The notes under the pieces were generated by a model, which saw nothing but the letters and a program-made list of their open reading frames with translations, ran no database searches and was not told the origin of the DNA. DNA of 64,000 nucleotides from Candidimonas sp. GTDB taxonomy: Bacteria > Pseudomonadota > Gammaproteobacteria > Burkholderiales > Burkholderiaceae_B. The stretch covers positions 25,058-89,057 of the forward strand of contig DATJBV010000015.1 of assembly GCA_035515055.1 (NCBI GenBank). Direction: 5' to 3'. Within the stretch, counting starts at the first letter, position 1. Every line of letters starts with the position of its first letter. A program made the translations under genes and the position numbers. Below are positions 1 through 8,672 of this stretch, one piece after another.

Positions 1-1
1 T

Positions 2-262
2 GTATCGCTGCTGTCGCGTGCACGTATCGACCGGGAATTTCCTGCCGACAAGGAAACGCTTCATACCTACGGGCTATCGCCCGCCGTCCTCCGTGTTCGT
101 GTCCTGGACGCCAATGGCTCCGTCCTCGCCGACCTTATCGTTGGGGAACGCACGCCGGACGGCTACGGCCGCTATGTCTTTGTACCGACCGATAGCAACG
201 TGCTGATCATTCCTAATTATCAGTTCGAAGCAGCGCTCAGGGCCTTGCATCCTGCAACCTGA
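2..262 (+). CDS. 3-prime end of an unidentified protein-coding gene (start lies upstream of the window)
   Basis: Frame 2 is open from the window edge to TGA at 260-262. The translation (...LRVRVLDANGSVLADLIVGERTPDGYGRYVFVPTDSNVLIIPNYQFEAALRAL...) looks protein-like. No family recognised. Confidence 0.4.
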   Translation, partial: VSLLSRARIDREFPADKETLHTYGLSPAVLRVRVLDANGSVLADLIVGERTPDGYGRYVFVPTDSNVLIIPNYQFEAALRALHPAT

Positions 263-433
263 CTTGCGTTCGCTTACACCCCCACGCTCGGCGCCCTGCG
301 ATGCAATGCTATGATTAAAAACAAAAATTAGCGGCGCCACGTGCGCCAGGGCCCAATGACCGCAACAATAGCACCCCATACTCCAACCACATTTCTTAAT
401 TTCCCACCGCAGCGCAATACACGATACCGGACC

Positions 434-1081
434 ATGGTCCGAATGTTTTTGCTTGGCTGCATGTTCGCGCCCGGCCTCCTTCTTGCCGGTGGGCTGAGCG
501 GCTTGAGCGCCATGAGCGGCATGCAAATCGGACCGCTATCAGGAGAAATCGCGCTGCACCAATGGCCAGGCGACGCCAAGCAGCTGTATCAGGCGCCGGA
601 ACGGCTGGGCGAGGAACACATAGAAGCGCTTGCCGAAGAGGCCGGCAAACACGCCCAAGCGCAGTACCTGGCCAAGAAATTTGGACAGCGCATGGCGGCG
701 GTACGCAAATACGTGGATCTTGCCTGGGCCGAGGCGGAAAAGCGCGACGGACTTGAGCCTGAACTCCTGATCGCCATCATGCAGAAAGAGAGTTCATTGC
801 GCCCGCGGGTGCAGAGCCGCTACGGCGCGCAAGGGCTCATGCAGGTGGTTCGCCGCTGGCACCGGGAAAAGTTGCATCCGTCCGAGTCGCTATTCGATCC
901 TGAAGTCAATATCCGAGTGGCAGCCGATATTCTGGAGGAATATCTTGAGCTGGCCGGTGGAAGTCTCCCCGAAGCGTTGGGCAAATATTCAGGCAATGCG
1001 CGCGGCTATCCCAACAAAATCCTCAAAGAGTCACGCAAACTCGCCAACGTTGCCGATCAGGCCGCCCTTAACGCCCTTTGA
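434..1081 (+). CDS. lytic transglycosylase domain protein (SLT family)
   Basis: ORF 341..1081, start trimmed to ATG 434, which gives a hydrophobic N-terminus (MVRMFLLGCMFAPGLLLAGG). SLT-type signature IMQKESSLRP...YGAQGLMQV is present. Confidence 0.8.
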   Translation: MVRMFLLGCMFAPGLLLAGGLSGLSAMSGMQIGPLSGEIALHQWPGDAKQLYQAPERLGEEHIEALAEEAGKHAQAQYLAKKFGQRMAAVRKYVDLAWAEAEKRDGLEPELLIAIMQKESSLRPRVQSRYGAQGLMQVVRRWHREKLHPSESLFDPEVNIRVAADILEEYLELAGGSLPEALGKYSGNARGYPNKILKESRKLANVADQAALNAL

Positions 1082-1146
1082 ACTCGGGCGCCCGTTTCAC
1101 TTTGAACGCGGCTACACCGTCTACCCCGTAACGCGCCAGGACCTGG

Positions 1147-2289
1147 TCATGTATATAAAGCGGCCGCTCCCCTTGCCCTGAAGCCCGGCCTTTTCCTGCG
1201 CATTGCTTTGTCGAGCCAGCGCAGAAGACCGGCGACGCCTGCTATTAGCCAGGCAAGCGGCCCGAGCAGCAGTCGCAATAGCAGCATGAGGGGAAGCAAC
1301 AGGAGCGTCCAGCCGGCTACTTGGGTCAGTTCCACCGGAAGGCCAAAACGTTCGGCCACACGCCCAAGCAGTGAATTAATGACGCTGGGGTGCCGAATAG
1401 CAATATAAGCCAGCACCGCGGGCGCGCCATATTTCACGAGCCGCGAGCCCACCGCGCTCCCTCGCCACAAACCGGCGCCAAGCGCGGCCGAACGCTGGGA
1501 GAAGGTCAGGGAGCTTCCGCCTGCCGCGCCGATCCGCCCCATGCGCAGCACCTTCAGCGCACCCACCCCGATGGCGACATCGAGGGCCGCCCAGCCCACG
1601 TCGCCCATGGCGATAGGCTCATCCTGACGAAGCTTGATTTCCAGCCCTTTCAGGCCGCTCGCGAAAAAGCTGTTTATACCTTCGAGCACGCGTTCAGTCT
1701 GGATCCACTCTACGTCGCCCTTCGGATTCACTACGAACTGGCCAAGGAAGTCATAGCCTTCCGCTTTGAGGAAATGCACGGCATACCTGGCCCGTTCCTC
1801 GTCTGACAGCTCGGGGGTGGGGGGCGCCGGCTCGGGGGTGGCACCGGCCTCGTCGCTCTCGTCCCAAAACTGCCGTACGGCGCTCAGGGCGGACTGCGAT
1901 GTTTCACTTACCCGCCGCATCAACTCCAGCGTCGCTACTTCATGAGTCCGGAAATAATGTATGGGCAGCGTAATATCTTCCCCATATTTACGTAGCGCCT
2001 CTTGAAATTCGCTGCCCTCTCCCAGCATCAGGAAGATCGGCCTGGCCATGTCCGGATAGCGTAGCAAGGCAAGCCTAGCCTTTGCGATCAATACGGGATC
2101 GCTGGCGTAGGTGAGAAACAGCGCCTGGATTTCGGCTGGTTCGCTGGCAAGTTCGCCCGCAGCCTCCGGCACGGCCTGTTCGACCTGCAGATGAAGCAGC
2201 TGCGCTTCCAACGGGATAGGCTTGGAAAAACTGGTGATCAGGAGCGCACCCATGAAAGCGAGCAGGCTGGCCAAAAGCAGGGATTTCAT
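1147..2289 (-). CDS. hypothetical exported/membrane-anchored protein, no family recognised
   Basis: 380-aa ORF starting at ATG 2289. N-terminal signal-like segment MKSLLLASLLAFMGALLITS, acidic/Pro-rich linker, and very hydrophobic C-terminal segments (WTLLLLPLMLLLRLLLGPLAWLIAGVAGLL). Confidence 0.6.
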   Translation of the reverse strand: MKSLLLASLLAFMGALLITSFSKPIPLEAQLLHLQVEQAVPEAAGELASEPAEIQALFLTYASDPVLIAKARLALLRYPDMARPIFLMLGEGSEFQEALRKYGEDITLPIHYFRTHEVATLELMRRVSETSQSALSAVRQFWDESDEAGATPEPAPPTPELSDEERARYAVHFLKAEGYDFLGQFVVNPKGDVEWIQTERVLEGINSFFASGLKGLEIKLRQDEPIAMGDVGWAALDVAIGVGALKVLRMGRIGAAGGSSLTFSQRSAALGAGLWRGSAVGSRLVKYGAPAVLAYIAIRHPSVINSLLGRVAERFGLPVELTQVAGWTLLLLPLMLLLRLLLGPLAWLIAGVAGLLRWLDKAMRRKRPGFRARGAAALYT

Positions 2290-2340
2290 CGTGCGCTCCG
2301 TAGGTATGCGGGCAGGAACGCCTACTTTAGCAGAGGAATC

Positions 2341-2694
2341 CTATTCGTCCAGAATGGGCACGAAGCCGCCGTAAATCATCCGCTTGCCGTCGAATGGCAT
2401 GTTCTTGCCCATATCCTTCATGCGCGGGTCCTCCATCATTTTTTTCATGGCGGATTCGCGCACCTCCTTGGACGGGTACTCGAACCAACTGAAGACGACG
2501 ACCTCGTCGTCCTCGGCCTTTACGGCATGGCGGAAATCGGTCACTTTGCCGTCGGGCACGTCATCGCCCCAGCATTCCACCATGCGGCTGACGCCGAACT
2601 CCTTGAGCATTCTTGCCGCCTCCTGGGCATGCTGGCGATACGCTTCCTTGTTAGCCGCGGGCACTGCACATACAAAGCCTTCCACGTATTTCAT
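2341..2694 (-). CDS. DUF1428 family protein
   Basis: Start trimmed to ATG 2694 (MKYVEGFVCAVP...). The ~117-aa product ends in ...MPFDGKRMIYGGFVPILDE, typical of DUF1428. Confidence 0.8.
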   Translation of the reverse strand: MKYVEGFVCAVPAANKEAYRQHAQEAARMLKEFGVSRMVECWGDDVPDGKVTDFRHAVKAEDDEVVVFSWFEYPSKEVRESAMKKMMEDPRMKDMGKNMPFDGKRMIYGGFVPILDE

Positions 2695-2759
2695 TTCAGC
2701 CTCCTCGTTTGGAATGGCCACCTTGGCGAACATCGACGGCCACGGAACATTCACTATAT

Positions 2760-2789
2760 TTGACAAATAGGTTGATATCAACCTAAAAT
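2760..2789 (+). promoter_or_regulatory. candidate sigma70 promoter of the marR-family gene
   Basis: TTGACA (2760-2765), 18-nt spacer, TAAAAT (2784-2789). The ATG at 2796 lies 7 nt after the -10 element and has no Shine-Dalgarno, so the mRNA may be leaderless. Confidence 0.45.
2768..2785. promoter_or_regulatory. 18-bp perfect palindrome, candidate MarR operator
   Basis: TAGGTTGAT|ATCAACCTA lies inside the promoter spacer, between the divergent DUF1428 and marR-family genes. Confidence 0.5.
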
Positions 2790-2795
2790 GCCGGC

Positions 2796-3236
2796 ATGAA
2801 AGAAAGAGTTTCATTTGCGACGACACTGGATGTGCGCGACACATGCATATGCCTGCACGCCCAACGCGCCGCCCGCGCGCTTGCCCGGCGCTTCGACGAG
2901 GCCATGCGACCCATCGGCCTTACGAATGGCCAGTTCTCCATGCTCATGGCGCTGAACCGGCCGGAACCCGTGAGCATCACGCCGCTTGCCCGACTCCTGG
3001 CGATGGACCGGACGACGCTTACGGCGGCCCTGAAGCCGCTCGAACGCGACGGCCTGGTCGAACCCTGCCGCAGCCCACAAGATGGCCGCAGCCGCTTGTT
3101 CAAACTGACCGACAATGGCCACGCCAAGCTTGCGCGCGCATTGCCGATTTGGCGTTCCGTCCACGCGTCGGTGGAAGCGAGCGTGCTTCCGCTCGATGCC
3201 GATGCCCTGCGCGACGGGCTGGCGGCACTGGCCTGA
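2796..3236 (+). CDS. MarR family transcriptional regulator
   Basis: 146-aa ORF with a winged-helix region typical of MarR (LTNGQFSMLMAL...ITPLARLLAMDRTTLTAALKPLERDGLV...DGRSRLFKLTDNG). Confidence 0.9.
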   Translation: MKERVSFATTLDVRDTCICLHAQRAARALARRFDEAMRPIGLTNGQFSMLMALNRPEPVSITPLARLLAMDRTTLTAALKPLERDGLVEPCRSPQDGRSRLFKLTDNGHAKLARALPIWRSVHASVEASVLPLDADALRDGLAALA

Positions 3237-3349
3237 CTCGCACGGCGAATGGGTAGGCTGCCTTCAGCGCTGGCCCGTCGCCCGCAGTGCTACTATTCCC
3301 GGTCCTCCGAAGGTGCCGCCTTTCTCAACGCCACGCTACGTACCACCAC

Positions 3350-4546
3350 ATGCCGACTCAAAAAGAACCACCATATTTGCGCACACTGTATATAGGCGCG
3401 TTCATCGTGCTGCTATCGCTCGGCGTGCGTGCGACTTTCGGCCTGTTCATGCAGCCCATGGGCCTTGAGCATGGATGGGGACGCGATGTCTTTTCGCTTG
3501 CCTTCGCCATCCAGAATCTCGTCTGGGGTGTGGGGGCGATTTTCATGGGCATACTGGCCGACCGCTATGGGGCCGGACGCACGATCGCCCTGGGCGCCCT
3601 GCTATACGTGCTCGGCATGATCGGAATGCGTTTGTCCACCGATGAAATGTCGCTGTACCTGACAGCGGGCGTGATGGTCGGCCTGGGCCAGGCTGGCACG
3701 ACCTTCCCTGTGATTCTGCCCGTCGTGGCGCGCGCGGTTCCACCGGCTTACCGTAGCACGGCCATGGGTATTGCAAGCGCGGGCGGATCCTTGGGCCAAT
3801 TTGCCGTTGTGCCCACGGGCCAGCTGTTGATTTCAACCATGGACTGGACCGGCGCCCTATGGGTACTTTCCATATTCGTCGCGGCCGGCTTGCCATTGGC
3901 GACTTTTTTAAAGGGCCGGCCCAGCGCCGTCCTGGGCGGCCATAGCCTGGGCGGCGCCGTACGCCAGGCGCTTGCCCATAAGTCTTTCCATTTCCTGTTC
4001 TGGAGTTATGCCGTATGCGGTTTCCATACCGCCTTCATCACCTTGCACCTGCCGGCCTACCTCGCCGATGGTGGACTGACCGCCGCCCACGGCGCGACGG
4101 CAATCGCGCTGATCGGGCTGTTCAACGTGGCGGGCTGCCTGTATGCGGGCAAGCTGGGCGGGCGCTATAGTAAAAAAACGCTCCTGGCGGCTGTGTACTT
4201 TTTGCGGGCCTTTGGTATTGTCTTCCTGCTTGCCTTTCCCTTGACGCCCACGGTGGTCTATTTATTTGCCGCCTGGATGGGCCTGTTCTGGCTGGGCACC
4301 GTCCCGCTGACCCAGGGACTCATCGGCCAGATCTACGGACTGCGGTATGCCGCGACATTGTCCGGTCTTGCCTTCCTTGGGCATCAGGTCGGCAGCTTCA
4401 TTGGCGTGTGGATGGGTGGCTACGTGTATCAGGCCACCGGCGGTTATACAATGGTCTGGTGGACGGGCGTCGTACTGGCGGTGGTAGCCGCCGTGTTGTG
4501 CCTGCCCATCAAGGAACAGCCGCTTGCCGCTCCGGCGGCGGCCTGA
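3350..4546 (+). CDS. MFS transporter
   Basis: ORF 3287..4546 trimmed to ATG 3350. About 12 hydrophobic segments with an MFS-like loop (GILADRYGAGRT). Confidence 0.85.
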   Translation: MPTQKEPPYLRTLYIGAFIVLLSLGVRATFGLFMQPMGLEHGWGRDVFSLAFAIQNLVWGVGAIFMGILADRYGAGRTIALGALLYVLGMIGMRLSTDEMSLYLTAGVMVGLGQAGTTFPVILPVVARAVPPAYRSTAMGIASAGGSLGQFAVVPTGQLLISTMDWTGALWVLSIFVAAGLPLATFLKGRPSAVLGGHSLGGAVRQALAHKSFHFLFWSYAVCGFHTAFITLHLPAYLADGGLTAAHGATAIALIGLFNVAGCLYAGKLGGRYSKKTLLAAVYFLRAFGIVFLLAFPLTPTVVYLFAAWMGLFWLGTVPLTQGLIGQIYGLRYAATLSGLAFLGHQVGSFIGVWMGGYVYQATGGYTMVWWTGVVLAVVAAVLCLPIKEQPLAAPAAA

Positions 4547-4575
4547 CGCTAACGGCCTGACCACAGGAACCACGT

Positions 4576-4755
4576 ATGCCACGCGCGCATTCCAGCAGTC
4601 ACCAGGGGGGGCATAAGCCCGCCTCCCGAATCAGCGTCGGGCGAATCGCCGGCTGGTTTGCACTGACTGCCGTGCTCGCATTATCTTTCATCGGCTACCT
4701 GACACCGCATATGCAGGTCCAGTGGGCCAATTTCATGTCGATGTGCGGCTTCTGA
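4576..4755 (+). CDS. possible small membrane protein (59 aa)
   Basis: Falls below the ORF-track cutoff. ATG 4576 is preceded by AGGAA; one hydrophobic helix (IAGWFALTAVLALSFIGYL); TGA at 4753-4755. No family recognised. Confidence 0.3.
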   Translation: MPRAHSSSHQGGHKPASRISVGRIAGWFALTAVLALSFIGYLTPHMQVQWANFMSMCGF

Positions 4756-4783
4756 CGGCCGTGCCAGCGCGTCTTCACGGCAA

Positions 4784-5782
4784 TCAAATCCTGCCTTCTT
4801 CCACTCCATGGCACGCCGCCTCGCCGGCGCCATACGAATGCATCAGCGGCGCCTCGACGCGGCAACGTTCATTGGCATGAGGACATCGCGGATGGAACGT
4901 GCACCCCGCCGGGGGATTCAGGGGGTTGGGTACTTCACCGCCCACTGGCACGCGGGCGCGGCCCGCCCCGGTGAGGTCGGGAATTGCCCCCAGCAGCATG
5001 CGCGTATACGGATGGCGCGGATTCTCGAACAATTCGTCGCGCGTGGCGACTTCCACCAGCCGGCCCAGGTACATCACGCCTATCCGATCGGCCACATGAT
5101 GCACGACGGCAAGGTTGTGCGAAATAAATAAATAGGTCAGGCCCAGGTCGCGCTGCAAGTCCTTCATCAGATTCAATACTTGTGCCTGCACCGATACGTC
5201 CAGCGCTGATGTAGGCTCGTCGCACACAAGGAATTCCGGGCCCAGCGCAAGCGCACGCGCGATGGAAATACGCTGGCGCTGCCCACCCGAAAACTGATGG
5301 GGATACCGGTCTTGGTCGTTGGGGTCCAGGCCCACCTGAACCAGGAGTTCGTCCACCTTGCCGCGTTGCTGGGCGGCCGTCATGCGCGTGTGCGTAGCCA
5401 ACGGCTCGGCGATGATGCGCCCGACGCGCCACCGCGGATTCAAACTGGCATACGGATCCTGGAAGATCATTTGCAGCCGCCTGCGCATGGCATGGCGCGC
5501 GTTCCGGCTCATTGCCTGAACGGACTGGCCATCGAAGTCGATGCTGCCGCGCGTGGGCTGGTACAGGCCGGCCAGCAGCCGCGCAATCGTCGACTTTCCG
5601 CAGCCCGATTCGCCAACCAATGCGAGCGTCTCGCCCTTGTTGATATGGAACGATACGCCGTCCACGGCGCGCAGAGTGACGCGCGGCTTGCGATGAATGA
5701 CACGGTCCAGCCATGGAATGGATACGTCGAACCAGCGCGCGACATCGTTGACCTGGATGAGCGGTCGCTCGACCGCATTCAT
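4784..5782 (-). CDS. peptide (Dpp/Opp-type) ABC transporter ATP-binding protein, DppF-like
   Basis: Walker A GESGCGKS, signature FSGGQRQR, and the C-terminal oligopeptide-type extension. ATG 5782 overlaps the stop of the upstream gene (ATGA). Confidence 0.9.
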   Translation of the reverse strand: MNAVERPLIQVNDVARWFDVSIPWLDRVIHRKPRVTLRAVDGVSFHINKGETLALVGESGCGKSTIARLLAGLYQPTRGSIDFDGQSVQAMSRNARHAMRRRLQMIFQDPYASLNPRWRVGRIIAEPLATHTRMTAAQQRGKVDELLVQVGLDPNDQDRYPHQFSGGQRQRISIARALALGPEFLVCDEPTSALDVSVQAQVLNLMKDLQRDLGLTYLFISHNLAVVHHVADRIGVMYLGRLVEVATRDELFENPRHPYTRMLLGAIPDLTGAGRARVPVGGEVPNPLNPPAGCTFHPRCPHANERCRVEAPLMHSYGAGEAACHGVEEGRI

Positions 5783-6753
5783 CGGAAAGTCTCCGGGGTG
5801 TGCAACCAACACGCGGCGCGGCTGGCGGCCGCCGGAACGAGCTCGGGCCGTTCCTGGGTGCAGCGCGGCATGATGAAGTTGCAGCGCGGATGAAAGGCGC
5901 AGCCCGGGGGTATGGCGTCAAGCCGCGGCATGCTGCCGTCGATCTGCACCAGACGCTCTACATTCCTGTCCAGCACGGGGATAGACCCCATCAGCCCGGC
6001 CGTGTACGGGTGCTGCGGGTGGCGGATAACGTCGGCCACGGGTCCGACCTCGACGATACGGCCGGCATACATGACGGCGACGCGGTCTGCTGTTTCGGCT
6101 ATCACGCCCATGTCGTGCGTGATCAGCATGACCGATGCCCCCTGGGATCGGCACAGCGTCTTGAGCAGATCGATGATTTGCGCCTGTATGGACACATCCA
6201 GCGCCGTGGTGGGCTCGTCTGCCACGATGAGCCTCGGCTCGGCGGCAAGCGCCAACGCAATCACGACGCGCTGGCGCATGCCGCCGGAGAACTGGTGTGG
6301 ATAGTGGTCAATGCGCTCGCGTGCCGCCGGGATGCCCGTGGATTCCAATAGCTCGATTGAACGCTCACGCGCCTGGCTCTGCGTCAGCGGCAGGTGCGTG
6401 ACTATGGTCTCGGTCAACTGCCGGCCTATGGTGTACAAGGGGTTGAGCGACGTTAGCGGATCCTGGAAGATGGCGCCGATTTCACGCCCCCGTATGCGCC
6501 GCATTTGCTCGTCTGGCAGGTTATCGATGCGCTTGCCATTCAGTAAAATCGATCCCCCCGATATCCTGCCGGGAGGATCGATGAGCCCGATAATGGCCGC
6601 GCCGGTAAGCGACTTCCCCGCTCCCGATTCGCCCACCACGCCCAGGACCTCGCCCTGGGCGATAGAGAAACTCACGTCGTGCAGGGCTTTCAGCGTGCCG
6701 TGTCGACTGGGAAATTCTACGTTCAAGTTTCTTACTTCAAGAAGGTCCGTCAT
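5779..6753 (-). CDS. peptide (Dpp/Opp-type) ABC transporter ATP-binding protein, DppD-like
   Basis: Walker A GESGAGKS and signature FSGGMRQR. C-terminal motif ...PHHPYT...CAFHPRC. Confidence 0.9.
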   Translation of the reverse strand: MTDLLEVRNLNVEFPSRHGTLKALHDVSFSIAQGEVLGVVGESGAGKSLTGAAIIGLIDPPGRISGGSILLNGKRIDNLPDEQMRRIRGREIGAIFQDPLTSLNPLYTIGRQLTETIVTHLPLTQSQARERSIELLESTGIPAARERIDHYPHQFSGGMRQRVVIALALAAEPRLIVADEPTTALDVSIQAQIIDLLKTLCRSQGASVMLITHDMGVIAETADRVAVMYAGRIVEVGPVADVIRHPQHPYTAGLMGSIPVLDRNVERLVQIDGSMPRLDAIPPGCAFHPRCNFIMPRCTQERPELVPAAASRAACWLHTPETFR

Positions 6754-6765
6754 GCATCCGCCCGT

Positions 6766-7680
6766 TCAATTCAGCCTGGGATTGAGCGCGTCGCGCAGCC
6801 AATCCCCCAGCAAGTTGACCGAAAGCACCAACAACACCAGCATCAGGCCGGGGAAGATGGTGATCCACCATTCGCCGGAAAATAGGAAGTCGTTGCCGAT
6901 ACGTATGAGCGTCCCCAAGGAAGGCGAGGTGGGCGGCACCCCGACCCCAAGGAAGGAAAGCGTGGCTTCGGTAATGATGGCGGTTGCCAGATGCACGGTG
7001 GCCAGCACCAGGACCGGCCCCATGACGTTGGGCAGGACATGGCGAAACATGATCACAAGCGGTGCCACGCCGATGACGCGCGCGGCCTGTACGTATTCGC
7101 GGTTCTTCTCGACCATGGCCAGGCCGCGCACGGTGCGCGCATACTGCGGCCAACCGGCCAGCGCGATGGCCCCGACCAACACGGGAAACGCCAATATGTC
7201 GTGCAGTTCGCGCGGCATGGCGGCCCGGGCGACGCCATCGATCAGCAGGGCAATGAGTATGGCCGGAAACGACAGCTGGACATCGGCCACCCGCATGATG
7301 AATGCATCGACGCGCCCGCCCACATAGCCGGCGAGCAAGCCCAGGCAGATACCGGCAACCAAGGCCAATACGACTGACGCGAGGCCGATAAGCAACGAAA
7401 CCCGCGTGCCGTAAAGCAAGGCCGAATACAGGTCGCGCCCCTGGCTGTCGGTTCCCAGCAGGAAGGTCCACTGCCCGCCATCCATCCATACCGGCGGCAA
7501 CAAGGCATCGAGCAGTTCGACCGTGGCGAGGTCGAAGGGATTATGCGGCGCTACCCAGTGCGCACCGAATGCACCCACCAATAACAGCACGAAAAGCACG
7601 GTGGACATCCAGGCAACGGGCGTGTGCCGCCAGGACCAGGCCAGGTCGGTGTCGCACCAGCGCTTCAGCAGCTCTATCAT
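6766..7680 (-). CDS. ABC transporter permease, DppC-like
   Basis: ORF trimmed to ATG 7680 (MIELLKRW...), which overlaps the upstream stop by ATGA. Has a BPD-transporter type permease core. Confidence 0.9.
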   Translation of the reverse strand: MIELLKRWCDTDLAWSWRHTPVAWMSTVLFVLLLVGAFGAHWVAPHNPFDLATVELLDALLPPVWMDGGQWTFLLGTDSQGRDLYSALLYGTRVSLLIGLASVVLALVAGICLGLLAGYVGGRVDAFIMRVADVQLSFPAILIALLIDGVARAAMPRELHDILAFPVLVGAIALAGWPQYARTVRGLAMVEKNREYVQAARVIGVAPLVIMFRHVLPNVMGPVLVLATVHLATAIITEATLSFLGVGVPPTSPSLGTLIRIGNDFLFSGEWWITIFPGLMLVLLVLSVNLLGDWLRDALNPRLN

Positions 7681-8666
7681 CCATGGCCTCCGCCGCGTCC
7701 GAGACCGCTGCGCAGCCGGGGATCGACCACAAAGTAAAGCAGGTCGACGATGAGGTTGATGCACACGAACACCAGCGCAATCAGGCAAAGATAGGCCGCC
7801 ATGACAGGCACGTCGGCAAACTGAACCGCTTGTATGAACAGCAGGCCCATGCCCGGCCACTGGAACACGGTTTCAGTGACGATGGCAAACGCAATAATGC
7901 CGCCCAGCTGCAATCCGGTAATGGTAATAACAGGCACGAGCGTATTCTTGAGCGCATGGCCGAAATGAATGGCCCGCTTGCGCAAGCCGCGGGCGCGCGC
8001 GAACTTGATGTAGTCGGTGCGCAAGACTTCAAGCATTTCGGAGCGCACCAGCCGCAAGATAAGCGTCAGTTGAAACAGCGACAAGGTGATGGCTGGCAGA
8101 ATGAGGTGCTTCCATCCATCGACGGAAAGCAGCCCCGTGCTCCACCAGCCTAGCTTTACCACCTGGCCGCGTCCGTAGCTCGGCAGCCACCCCAGCATGA
8201 CGGAAAACACCAGGATGAGCAGTATGCCGATCAGGAAGGTGGGCAACGATACGCCCAACAGCGAAAAAGCCAGTATGACCTGCGAGCCTTTGCCGTTGCG
8301 CCGCAGCGCGGTATACACCCCCAGCGGCAACCCCACGACCAACGCGAGCGCGGCCGCCGCCATGGAAAGCTCTACGGTGGCCGGCAGGCGATCGCGCAGC
8401 AGCTCGGAAACCTGCTGGCCCTGGCGCAGCGACAGCCCGAAATCGCCGCGAGCGGCATTGGCGACGAAATGGGCGAACTGCACGGGCGCGGAACGATCCA
8501 GGCCCAGACTATGGCGCAACTCGATCCGGTCCTGGTCGGTCGCGTCCTGGCCCAGCATGATGGTGACGGGATCCCCGATATAGCGGAACAGGACGAAGGC
8601 CAGCAAGGCAACCGTCAGCATCACGAGCACCGCCTGGGCGAGGCGGCGCAAAATAAAGGGCAGCAC
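7677..8666 (-). CDS. ABC transporter permease, DppB-like
   Basis: Typical N-terminus MLPFILRRLAQAVLVMLTV. GTG start at 8666, 6 nt after the stop of the binding-protein gene. Confidence 0.9.
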   Translation of the reverse strand: MLPFILRRLAQAVLVMLTVALLAFVLFRYIGDPVTIMLGQDATDQDRIELRHSLGLDRSAPVQFAHFVANAARGDFGLSLRQGQQVSELLRDRLPATVELSMAAAALALVVGLPLGVYTALRRNGKGSQVILAFSLLGVSLPTFLIGILLILVFSVMLGWLPSYGRGQVVKLGWWSTGLLSVDGWKHLILPAITLSLFQLTLILRLVRSEMLEVLRTDYIKFARARGLRKRAIHFGHALKNTLVPVITITGLQLGGIIAFAIVTETVFQWPGMGLLFIQAVQFADVPVMAAYLCLIALVFVCINLIVDLLYFVVDPRLRSGLGRGGGHG

Positions 8667-8672
8667 GGTCGA

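Noticed and set aside
2771-2780. TTGATATCAA inside the MarR palindrome, considered as a possible FNR half-site pair.
   Set aside because: There is no 4-nt spacer between the half sites. The symmetry extends as TAGGTTGAT/ATCAACCTA and fits a MarR operator in the promoter spacer instead.
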